From: Antedon mediterranea
Taxonomy: Eukaryota > Animalia > Echinodermata
Reading direction: 5' to 3'
DNA: 64,000 nucleotides
Assembly (NCBI RefSeq): GCF_964355755.1
Contig: NC_092679.1
Coordinates: forward strand, 8,586,201 to 8,650,200
Shown: piece after piece, positions 26,468 to 38,600 of the stretch
Numbering within the stretch: the first letter of the stretch is position 1
How the letters are laid out: each line of letters starts with the position of its first letter
Position numbers and translations under genes: made by a program
Notes under the pieces: generated by a model
Databases searched by the model: none
Told to the model about the DNA's origin: nothing
What the model saw: only the letters and a program-made list of their open reading frames with translations

Positions 26468-27603
26468 GGGGGAGAGAGAGAGAGAGATCAGGGAGAGAGA
26501 GAGATCAGCGAGAGAGAGATAGATCAGGTAGAGAGAGATAGATCAGCGAGAGAGAGAAAGAGAGAGAGAGTGAGAGATCAGCGAGAGAGAGATAGATCAG
26601 CGAGAGAGAGAGAGAAAAAGAGATAGATCAGCGAGAGATAGATAGATCAGCGAGAGAGAGATAGATCAGCGAGAAAGAGATAGATCAGCGAGAGAGAGAT
26701 ATATCAGCGAGAGAGAGATAGATAGATCAGCGAGAGAGAGATAGATAGATCAGCGAGAGAGAGATAGATAGATCAGCGAGAGAGAGATAGATAGACCAGC
26801 GAGAGACAGATAGATAGATCAGCGAGAGAGAGATAGATAGATCAGCGAGAGACAGATAGATAGATCAGCAAGAGACAGATAGATAGATCAGCGAGAGAGA
26901 GATAGATAGATCAGCGAGAGAGAGAGAGAGATATAGATCAGCGAGCGAGAGATAGATCAGCGAGAGAGAGATAGATCAGCGAGAGAGAGATAGATCAGCG
27001 AGATAGAGATAGATCAGCGAGAGAGAGATAGATCAGCGAGAGAGAGATAGATCAGCGAGAGAGAGATAGATCAGCGAGAGAGAGATAGATAGATCAGCGA
27101 GAGAGAGATAGATCAGCGAGAGATAGATAGATCAGCGAGAGAGAGATAGATCAGCGAGAGAGAGATAGATCAGCGAGAGATAGTTAGATCAGCGAGAGAC
27201 AGATAGATCAGCGAGAGAGAGATAGATCAGCGAGAGAGAGATAGATCAGCGAGAGAGAGATAGATCAACGAGAGATAGATAGATCAGCGAGAGAGAGAGA
27301 GATAGTTAGATCAGTGAGAGAGAGATAGATAGATCAGCGAGAGAGTGATAGATAGATCAGTGAGAGAGAGATAGATAGATCAGCGAGAGAGAGATAGATA
27401 GATCAGCGAGAGAGAGAGATAGATAGATCAGCGAGAGAGAGAGATAGAGAGAAATCAGCGAGAGAGAGAGATAGATCAGCGAGAGAGAGATAGATCAGCG
27501 AGAGAGAGATAGATCAGCGAGAGAGAGATAGATCAGCGAGAGAGAGAGATAGATCAGCGAGAGAGAGATAGATCAGCGAGAGAGATAGATCAGTGAGAGA
27601 GAG
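21884..27603. repeat. GA-rich ~19-bp satellite, block 2 (more GATAGATA variants and long pure GA runs)
   Basis: Same unit as block 1. Diagnostic variants (CAGCGGGGG, ATACATCTGC, ATCAGGTAGA) recur at kb-scale periods. Confidence 0.98.
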
Positions 27604-28214
27604 TAAATTTTCGCCATTTTTCGAAAAAAAATCTTATGGTCCCCAGCAGGAAAATTTATCGAAAAATGGCTAAATTTCGACCCTTTTATTTGTTGACATA
27701 ACTAGTTACTATGGCTCTATAATTTGATGTTAACACAATATATGTCCATAAATGGCAAAATTATAGCATAATTATTTATTTTTAAAAAGTGTAACATTTT
27801 TGCCATTTTCGACCCTTTTATATTTTGACATAAGTAGTTGCTATGGCTCTATAAGATGATGTCAGCACAATATATGTGCATAAATGGCAATATTATAGCA
27901 TAATTTTTGAATTTTAAAAAGTGGAAATTTTAGTCATTTTTCGAAAAAAATTCCTATGCCCCCCCCCCCACCCAGGGAAATTTTCGCAAAAATGGCCAAA
28001 TTTTAACCCTTTTATTTTTTTACATAACTAGTTACTATGGCTCTATAAGATGATGTTAGCACAATATATTTGGAAAAATGGCGATATTATAGCATAATTA
28101 TTGAATTTTCGTATTTTAAAAAGTGTAAATTTTCGCCATTTTTCGAAAAAAAAAATCTTATGGTCCCCCTCGGGGAAATTTTCGAAAAATGGTCAAATTT
28201 AGACCCTTTTATTT
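27604..28214. repeat. Degenerate AT-rich tandem repeat, ~130-200-bp units, ~3.5 copies
   Basis: Recurrent blocks GCCATTTTTCGAAAAAA...ACCCTTTTA...TAGTTACTATGGCTCTATAA...CACAATATATG...ATTATAGCATAATT...AAAAAGTG. Confidence 0.85.
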
Positions 28215-28480
28215 TAATAGTCTATTTATCTGAAATGAATGATCAATCAATGAAAATTAATGCCATGCAACTTTTTTTCTGATTGAAAAAAATGTCCACT
28301 TGTTTAGGCCTGACATTTACAACCCTCAAAATATCTCACTTTCAAAAACAATATTTATTTTCAAAAAAAAAAAAAATATCCTTACAGGTTCGGACCCACT
28401 ACTGGGAGCACTCAAAACTGAGCATTACCCGTTATGCCATAATGTAGTACACGACAGAACAGTTTATAATAGTCTATTTA
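28215..28480. repeat. Orphan diverged monomer of the ~260-bp satellite
   Basis: TAATAGTCTATTTAT...GGTTCGGACCCACTACTG...CATTACCCGTTATGCC...TAATAGTCTATTTAT matches the array monomer but lies 1.5 kb outside the array. Confidence 0.9.
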
Positions 28481-28544
28481 TAAGTGTATTACGTAATTCA
28501 TCATTACGTCATAAATATCATATTAACCTTTTTAAAACCAAAAT

Positions 28545-28617
28545 GGCCAGTTAGCTCAGACGACTGAGCGTCGTGTTGACAACACGTATGTCGTGGGTTC
28601 GATTCCCACGCTGGTCG
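28545..28617 (+). pseudogene. tRNA-like cloverleaf (tRNA-Ile-like body, anticodon reads GAC); likely SINE head or pseudo-tRNA
   Basis: Acceptor GGCCAGT/GCTGGTC, D-stem GCTC/GAGC, anticodon stem CGTG/CACG with loop TTGACAA, T-arm GTGGG-TTCGATT-CCCAC. The D-loop lacks the conserved GG. Resembles eukaryotic tRNA-Ile(AAT), recalled as GGCCGGTTAGCTCAG...GAGCGTGGTG. Confidence 0.8.
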
Positions 28618-28789
28618 GTGGAATAGAGTTAAAGGTATGCGACCAACTGTGTTTGTGGTTCACAGAATTTACGTCCCCTTTCCACCACATCTTGAGAAGG
28701 CACTAGCAATGCATCTGGTGATGATGTGGTGGAAACGACCCCAAGGCCGTGGCAGGGCCTTACTGCTGAGGCAGGGAGAGCACATTTTT
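28545..28789 (+). mobile_element. tRNA-derived SINE-like / Pol III transcription unit (~240 nt)
   Basis: tRNA head followed by a GC-richer structured body. The first T4+ run is at 28785-28789. No TSD found. Confidence 0.6.
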
Positions 28790-28817
28790 AAATTTTTTTG
28801 GGGGCTTTCGCTACATG

Positions 28818-29605
28818 TATTTGATCTCGTAAATTTTATGTTTAGCGCCCTCAATTTAATGTAAAAAGAAATTAATTTATCTTCTTTACGTGTTTAGAAG
28901 AGAATGTATGTCTCACCGTTGTTTGGTATGCCGTTTGTTATTATGGAAATGAGATTTTGCAGGTGTAGTGGGAAAGATGGTATTGTTAGTAATTCGCGGT
29001 CAACACGCCACACTGTTGAATTTTGATTTTGTTAATCAATGTTGCTACATTGGTAGCGAAATGTCCGATTCGTGCAAGATATTGTATTTTAATATGTTAT
29101 GAATAAACATTTATGGATGGTAGTTGGTGTGTATGGCCGCACCGTCCCAGAATAAACATGTTTTAAACAGATAATTTGTCTCCGATGATTTTTGTATGGG
29201 GTTAATGGAGAGTGAAATAGATCAAATATAGAACATTTGCAAAGAAGCCGATTTCCAGACTGATTTCGAAACTTAGACTAATTCCGCCGCCGGGCTGGGC
29301 CTTAGGCATATACGAAGTCGAGTTTTTAAAGTAGAAAACTCTACCTAAACTTTTGAATTCGCATCTGGATAGTTGAATTTTTAACAAAATATCATAAATA
29401 TCATAGGTGATTAGCCTATGTATGGTAATAAGTATAAGTATAAGTGCAATTCTGGGCTCTATTTTTATTATTAGCTCTGCCCCAAACATGGTGGGCTAGT
29501 AGGCCTACTGGAGACCTAATATGGGTTAATATCATATTTCAAATTTCAATGAATAGGTGCACTTTCCGGGGACAAGCTCTATTGTCCTTGTTAGTCTTAT
29601 ATATT
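28818..29605. repeat. ~790-bp direct repeat, copy 1 (uninterrupted)
   Basis: Aligns by eye with 59170-59928 from TATTTGATCTC to GTTAGTCTTATATATT, with scattered substitutions and small indels. Confidence 0.95.
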
Positions 29606-32600
29606 TTGTTTCATATAATTTCAAATCATGTAAAGTACCATTTTCAGGCGGGAGTCTGTGCAATTCTATTTTTTTATTTTAAACAGTTTGGTATGCCGTC
29701 GTGGTTGTTATGCAAATGAGCTTGTGCATGTGTATTATGGGGAAGATAATATGTTAATCATTCTCGGTCAACACGCCACACTGTTAAATTTTGATGCTGT
29801 TAATATTTACATTAGAATATTGTTCAAATCATGTAAATAAAAAATTTTCCGGGCGGGAACCCAGCAGCTCTCGAAAAGAACTCGAGGTGGAAAAGAAGCT
29901 CACCCATGAGTACTGAATATGAAGGAGCACATTGGCTTCTTTTGGAGGCTTTATGGCAGTCTTTTTACATGTATTTGATTTAAAAAACAATATTTATTTT
30001 CAATTTAAAAAAAAAAAGAAAAAAATATTCCTAGAGGTTCGAACCCACTACTGAGAGAAATCAAACCTGAGCATTACCGGTTACGCCACAAACCAGTAGA
30101 TAACTGAAGAGCTGATAATAGTCTATTTATATGAAATAAATAATAATTCAATGAAAAATAATGCCATGCAACTTTGTTTCTGATTTTAAAAAAGGTTCAC
30201 TTGTTTAGGCCTGACATTTACAACCCTCAAAATATCTCACTTTCAAAAACAATATTTATTTTCAATTAAAAAAAAAAAGAAAAAACATACCCGTATAGGT
30301 TCGAACCCACTACTGAGAGCACTCAAACCTGAGCATTACCCGTTACGCCACAAACCAGTAGATGACTGAGGAGCTGATAATAGTCTATATATATGAAATG
30401 AATGATCAATCAATGAAAAATAATGCCATGCAACTTTGTTTCTGATTTTAAAAAAGGTCCACTTGTTTAGGCCTGACATTTACAACCCTCAAAATATCTC
30501 ACTTTCAAAAACCATATTTATTTTCAATTTAAAAAAAAAAGAAAAAAAATATCCCTAGAGGTTCGACCCACTACTCAGAGCACTCAAACCTGAGCATTAC
30601 CCGTTACGCCACAAACCAGTAGATAACTGAAGCGCTGATAATAGTCTATTTATATGAAATGAATGATCAATCAATGAAAAATAATGCCATGCAACTTTGT
30701 TTCTGATTTTAAAATAGATTCATTTGTTTAGGCCTGACATTCACAACCCTAAAAAATATCTCATTTTCCAAAAAAATATTTATTTTCAATAAGAAAAAAA
30801 ACCAATATCCCTAGAGGTTGGAACCCGCTACTGAGAGCACTCAAACCTGGGTATTACCCGTTACGCCACAAACCAGTAGATAACTGAAGAGCTGATAATA
30901 GCCTATTTATATGTAATTAATGATCAATCAATGAAAAATAATGCCATGCAACTTTGTTTCTGATTTTAAAAAAAGGTTCATTTGTTTAGGCCTGACATTT
31001 ACAACCCTCAAAATATCTCACTTTCAAAAAAAATATTTATTTTCAATAAAAAAAAAAGAAAAAAAATATCCCTAGAGGTTCGAACCCACTACTGCGAGCA
31101 CTCAAACTTGAGCATTACCCGTTGCGCCTCAAACCAGTAGATGACTGAAGAGCTGATAATAGTCTATTTATATGAAATAAATAATAAATCAATAAAAAAT
31201 AATGCCATGCAACTTTGTTTCGATTTTAAAAAAGGTTCACTTGTTTAGGCCTGACATTTACAACCCTCAAAATATCTCACTTTCAAAAACAATATTTATT
31301 TTAAATTTAAAAAAACAAAAAATAAAAAATATCCGTAGAGGTTCGAACCCACTAGTGAGAGCACTCAAACTTGAGCATTACCCGTTACGCCACAAACCAG
31401 TAGATTACTGAAGAGCTGATAATAATCTATTTATATGAAATGGATGATCAATCAATGAAAAATAATGCCATACAACTTTGTTTCTGATTTTAAAAAAGGT
31501 TCACTTGTTTAGGCCTGACAGTTGCAACCCTCAAAATATCTCACTTTAAAAAACAATATTTATTTTCAATTTAAAAAAAAAAGAAAAAAAATATCCCTAG
31601 AGGTTCGTTGCACTACTCAGAGCACTCAAACCTGAGCATTACCCGTTACGCCACAAACCAGTAGATGACTGAAGAGCTGATAATAGTCTATTTATATGAA
31701 ATGAATGATCAATCAATGAAAAATAATGGCATGCAACTTTGTTTCTGATTTTAAAAAAGATCCATTTTTTAGGCCTGACATTCACAACCCTAAAAAATAT
31801 CTCATTTTCAAAAAAAAATATTTATTTTCAATAAGAAAAAAAAAGCAATATCCATAGAGGTTGGAATCCGCTACTGAGAGCACTCAAACCTGGGTATTAC
31901 CCGTTACGCCACAAGCCAGTAGATAACTGAAGAGCTGATAATAGTCTATTTATATGAAATCAATGATCAATCAATGAAAAATAATGCCATGCAACTTTGT
32001 TTCTGATTTTAAAAAATGTCCACTTCTTTAGGCCTGATATTTACAACCCTCAAAATATCTCACTTTCAAAAACAATATTCATTTTCAATTAAAAAAAAAA
32101 AAAAAATCCCTAGAGGTTCTAACCCACTACTGAGAGCACTCAAACCTGAGCATTATCCGTTACGTCACAAACCAGTAGATGACTGAGGAGCTGATAATAG
32201 TCTATTTATATTAAATGAATGATCAATCAATGAAAAATAATGCCATGCAACTTTGTTTCTGATTTTAAAAAAGGTCCACTTGTTTAGGCCTGACATTTAC
32301 AACCCTCAAAATATCTCACTTTCAAAAACAATATTTATTTTCAATTTTAAAATATCTCACTTTCAAAAACAATATTTATTTTCAATTAAAAAAAAAGAAA
32401 GAAAAAAAAAATTCGTAGAGGTTCGAACCCACTACTGCGAGAACTCAAACCTGAGCACTACCGGTTACGCCACAAACCAGTAGATGAGTGAAGAGCTGAT
32501 AATAGTCTATTTATATGAAATGAATGATCCATCAATGTAAAATGATGTTATGCAACTTTGTTTCTGATTTAAAAAAAGGTCCACTTTGTTAGGCTTGACA

Positions 32601-35600
32601 TTTAAAACCATAAAAATATCTCACTTTCAAAAACAATATTTATTTTCAAATATAAAAAAAAAGAAAAAAAAAATTTCCTAGAGGTTCGAACCCACTACTG
32701 AGAGAACTCAAACCTGAGCATTACCGGTTACGCCACAAACCAGTAGATGAGTGAAGAGCTGATAATAGTCTATTTATATGAAATGAATGATCCATCAATG
32801 TAAAATGATGTTATGCAACTTTGTTTCTGATTTAAAAAAAGGTCCACTTTGTTAGGCTTGACATTTAAAACCATAAAAATATCTCACTTTCAAAAACAAT
32901 ATTTATTTTCAAATATAAAAAAAAAGAAAAAAAAATTTCCTAGAGGTTCGAACCCACTACTGAGAGAACTCAAACCTCAAACCTGAGCATTACCGGTTAC
33001 GCCACAAACCAGTAGATGAGTGAAGAGCTGATAATAGTCTATTTATATGAAATGAATGATCCATCAATGTAAAATGATGTTATGCAACTTTGTTTCTGAT
33101 TTAAAAAAAGGTCCACTTGGTTAGGCTTGACATTTAAAACCATAAAAATATCTCACTTTCAAAAACAATATTTATTTTCAAATAAAAAAAAAAAGAAAAA
33201 AAAATTTCCTAGAGGTTCGAACCCACTACTGAGAGAACTCAAACCTGAGCATTACCGGTTACGCCACAAACCAGTAGATGAGTGAAGAGCTGATAATAGT
33301 CTATTTATATGAAATGAATGATCCTTCAATGTAAAATGATGTTATGCAACTTTGTTTCTGATTTAAAAAAAGGTCCACTTGGTTAGGCTTGACATTTAAA
33401 ACCATAAAAATATCTCACTTTCAAAAACAATATTTATTTTCAAATAAAAAAAAAAAGAAAAAAAATATCCCTATTTATATGAAATTAATGATCAATCAAT
33501 GAAAAAAAATGCCATGCAACTTTGTTTCTGATTTTAAAAAAAATGTTCATTTGTTTAGGCCTGACATTTACAACCCTCAAAATATCTCACTTTCCAAAAA
33601 AATATTTATTTTCAATTAAAAAAAAAAAGAAAAGAAATATCCCTAGAGGTTCGAACCCACTAGTGAGAGCACTCAAACTTCAGCATTACCCGTTACGCCA
33701 CAAACCAGTAGATGACTGAAGAGCTGATAATACTCTATTTATATGAAATAAATAATAAATCAATGAAAAATAATGCAATGCAACTTTGTTTCTGATTGTA
33801 AAAAAGGTCCACTTGTTTAGGCCTGATATTTACAACCCTCAAAATATCTCACTTTCAAAAACAATATTTATTTTAAATTAAAAAAAAAAAAAAATACCTG
33901 GAGGTTCGAACCCACTACTGAGAGCACTCCAACCTGAGCATTACCCGTTACGCCACAAACCAGTAGATGACTGAGGAGCTGATGATAGTCTATTTATATG
34001 AAATGAATGATCAATCAATGAAAAATAATGCCATGCAACTTTGTTTCTGATTTTAAAAAAGGTCCACTTTGTTAGGCTTGACATTTAAAACCATAAAAAT
34101 ATCTCACTTTCAAAAACAATATTTATTTTCAAATAAAAAAAAAAAGAAAAAAAAATTTCCTAGAGGTTCGAACCCACTACTGAGAGAACTCAAACCTGAG
34201 CATTACCGGTTACGCCACAAACCTGTAGATGAGTGAAAAGCTGATAATAGTCTATTTATATGAAATGAATGATCCATCAATGTAAAATGATGTTATGCAA
34301 CTTTGTTTCTGATTTTTAAAAAGGTTCACTTGTTTAGGCCTGACATTCACAACCCTAAAAAATATCTTATTTTCAAAAAAAATATTTATTTTCAATAAGA
34401 AAAAAAAAGCAATATCCCTAGAGGTTCGACCCACTACTCAGAGTACTCAAACCTGGGTATTACCCGTTGCGCCTCAAACCAGTAGATAACTGAAGAGCTG
34501 ATAATAGTCTATTTATATGAAATAAATAATAAATCAATGAAAAATAATGCCATGCAACTTTGTTTCTGATTTTAAAAAAAGGTTCATTTGTTTAGGCCTG
34601 ACATTTACAACCCTCAAAATATCTCACTTTCAAAAACAATATTTATTTTAAATTTAAAAAAACAAAAAATAAAAAATATCCGTAGAGGTTCGAACCCACT
34701 AGTGAGAGCACTCAAACTTGAGCATTACCCGTTACGCCACAAACCAGTAGATTACTGAAGAGCTGATAATAATCTATTTATATGAAATGGATGATCAATC
34801 AATGAAAAATAATGCCATACAACTTTGTTTCTGATTTTAAAAAAGGTCCACTTGTTTAGGCCTAATATTTGCAACCCTCAAAATATCTCACTTTCAAAAA
34901 CAATATTAATTTTCAATTTAAAAAAAAAAAATCCCTAGAGGCTCGAACCCACTACTGAGAGCACTCAAACCTGAGCATTATCCGTTACCCCACAAACCAG
35001 TAGATGACTGTGGAGCTGATAATAGTCTATTTATATGAAATGAATGATCAATCAATGAAAAATAATGCAATGCAACTTTGTTTCTGATTTTAAAAAAGGT
35101 CCACTTGTTTAGGCCTGACATTTACAACCCTCAAAATATCTCACTTTCAAAAACAATATTTATTTTCAATTTAAAAATATCTCACTTTCAAAAACAATAT
35201 TTATTTTCAATTTAAAAAAAAGAAAGAAAAAATATTCGTAGAGGTTCGAACCCACTACTGCGAAAACTAAAACCAGAGCACTACCGGTTACTCCACAAAC
35301 CAGTAGATGAGTGAAGAGCTGATAATAGTCTATTTATATGAAATGAATGATCCATCAACTTTGTTTCTGATTTAAAAAAAGGTCCACTTGGTTAGGCTTG
35401 ACATTTAAAACCATAAAAATATCTCACTTTCAAAAACAATATTTATTTTCAAATAAAAAAAAAAGAAAAAAAATATCCCTATTTATATGAAATTAATGAT
35501 CAATCAATGAAAAATAATGCCATGCAACTTTGTTTCTGATTTAAAAAAAAATGTTCATTTGTTTAGGCCTGACATTTACAACCCTCAAAATATCTCACTT

Positions 35601-38600
35601 TCCAAAAAAATATTTATTTTCAATTAAAAAAAAAAAGAAAATAAATATCCCTAGAGGTTCGAACCCACTAGTGAGAGCACTCAAACTTCAGCATTACCCG
35701 TTACGCCACAGACCAGTAGATGACTGAAGAGCTGATAATACTCTATTTATATGAAATAAATAATAAATCAATGAAAAATAATGCAATGCAACTTTGTTTC
35801 TGATTGTAAAAAAGGTCCACTTGTTTAGGCCTGATATTTACAACCCTCAAAATATCTCACTTTCAAAAACAATATTTATTTTAAATTTAAAAAAAAAAAA
35901 AATACCTGGAGGTTCGAACCCACTACTGAGAGCACTCCAACCTGAGCATTACCCGTTACGCCACAAACCAGTAGATGACTGAGGAGCTGATAATAGTCTA
36001 TTTATATGAAATGAATGATCAATCAATGAAAAATAATGCCATGCAACTTTGTTTCTGATTTTAAAAAAGGTCCACTTTGTTAGGCTTGACATTTAAAACC
36101 ATAAAAATATCTCACTTTCAAAAACAATATTTATTTTCAAATAAAAAAAAAAAGAAAAAAAATTTTCTAGAGGTTCGAACCCACTACTGAGAGAACTCAA
36201 ACCTGAGCATTACCGGTTACGCCACAAACCAGTAGATGAGTGAAGAGCTGATAATAGTCTATTTATATGAAATGAATGATCCATCAATGTAAAATGATGT
36301 TATGCAACTTTGTTTCTGATTTTTAAAAAGGTTCACTTGTTTAGGCCTGACATTCACAACCCTAAAAAATATCTTATTTTCAAAAAAAATATTTATTTTC
36401 AATAAGAAAAAAAAAGCAATATCCCTAGAGGTTCGACCCACTACTCAGAGTACTCAAACCTGGGTATTACCCGTTGCGCCTCAAACCAGTAGATAACTGA
36501 AGAGCTGATAATAGTCTATTTATATGAAATAAATAATAAATCAATGAAAAATAATGCCATGCAACTTTGTTTCTGATTTTAAAAAAAGGTTCATTTGTTT
36601 AGGCCTGACATTTACAACCCTCAAAATATCTCACTTTCAAAAACAATATTTATTTTAAATTTAAAAAAACAAAAAATAAAAAATATCCGTAGAGGTTCGA
36701 ACCCACTAGTGAGAGCACTCAAACTTGAGCATTACCCGTTACGCCACAAACCAGTAGATTACTGAAGAGCTGATAATAATCTATTTATATGAAATGGATG
36801 ATCAATCAATGAAAAATAATGCCATACAACTTTGTTTCTGATTTTAAAAAAGGTCCACTTGTTTAGGCCTAATATTTGCAACCCTCAAAATATCTCACTT
36901 TCAAAAACAATATTAATTTTCAATTTAAAAAAAAAAAATCCCTAGAGGCTCGAACCCACTACTGAGAGCACTCAAACCTGAGCATTATCCGTTACCCCAC
37001 AAACCAGTAGATGACTGTGGAGCTGATAATAGTCTATTTATATGAAATGAATGATCAATCAATGAAAAATAATGCAATGCAACTTTGTTTCTGATTTTAA
37101 AAAAGGTCCACTTGTTTAGGCCTGACATTTACAACCCTCAAAATATCTCACTTTCAAAAACAATATTTATTTTCAATTTAAAAATATCTCACTTTCAAAA
37201 ACAATATTTATTTTCAATTTAAAAAAAAGAAAGAAAAAATATTCGTAGAGGTTCGAACCCACTACTGCGAAAACTAAAACCAGAGCACTACCGGTTACTC
37301 CACAAACCAGTAGATGAGTGAAGAGCTGATAATAGTCTATTTATATGAAATGAATGATCCATCAATGTAAAATGATGTTATGCAACTTTGTTTCTGATTT
37401 AAAAAAAGGTCCACTTGGTTAGGCTTGACATTTAAAACCATAAAAATATCTAACTTTCAAAAAACAATATTTATTTTCAAATAAAAAAAAAAAGATAAAA
37501 AAATATCCCTAGAAGTTCGAACCCACTATTGAAATCACTCAAACCTGAGCATTACCAGTTACGCCGCAAACCAGTATATGACTGAAGAGCTGATAATAGT
37601 CTATTTATATGAAATGGATGATCAATCAATGAAAAATAATGCCATGCAACTTTGTTTCTGATTTTAAAAAAGATCCTTTTGTATAGGCCTGACATTCACA
37701 ACCCCAAAAAATATCTCATTTTCAAAAAAAATATTTATTTTCAATAAGAAAAAAAAAGCAATATCCCTAGAGGTTGGAACCCGCTACTGAGAGCACTCAA
37801 ACTTGAGCATTACCCGTTACGCCACAAACCAGTAGATGACTGAAGAGCTGATAATACTCTATTTATATGAAATAAATAATACATTAATGAAAAATAATGC
37901 CATGCAACTTTGTTTCTGATTTTAAAAATGGTCCACTTGTTTAGGCCTGATATTTACAACCCTCAAAATATCTCACTTTCAAAAACAATATTTATTTTAA
38001 ATTTAAAAAAAAAATATTCCTAGAGGTTCGAACCCACTACTGAGAGCACTCAAACCTGAGCATTATTCGTTACGCCACAAACCAGTAGATGACTGAGGAG
38101 CTGATAATAGTCTATTTATATGAAATGAATGATCAATCAATGAAAAATAATGCCATGCAACTTTGTTTCTGATTTTAAAAAAGGTTCACTTGTTTAGGCC
38201 TGACATTTACAACCCTCAAAATATCTCACTTTCAAAAACAATATTTATTTTCAATTTAAAAATATCTCACTTTCAAAAACAATATTTATTTTCAATTAAA
38301 AAAAAAGAAAGAAAAAAAATATTCGTAGAGGTTCGAACCCACTACTGCGAGAACTCAAACCTGAGCACTACCGGTTACGCCACAAACCAGTAGAAGAGTG
38401 AAGAGCTGATAATAGTCTATTTATATGAAATAAATGATCCATCAATGTAAAATGATGTTATGCAACTTTGTTTCTGATTTTAAAAAAGGTCCACTTTGTT
38501 AGGCTTGACATTTAAAACCATAAAAATATCTCACTTTCAAAAACAATATTTATTTTCAAATAAAAAAAAAAAGAAAAAAACATTTTCTAGAGGTTCGAAC

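Noticed and set aside
26457-26472. G16 run (potential G-quadruplex)
   Set aside because: It is absent from the paralogous blocks (~22270, ~23965), so it is likely slippage or a sequencing/consensus error in a long GA run.
28620-28789. Telomerase RNA, H/ACA RNA or hammerhead downstream of the tRNA head
   Set aside because: There is no telomeric template (CTAACC), no clear two-hairpin H-box layout, and CTGGTGA...GAAAC lacks stem II.
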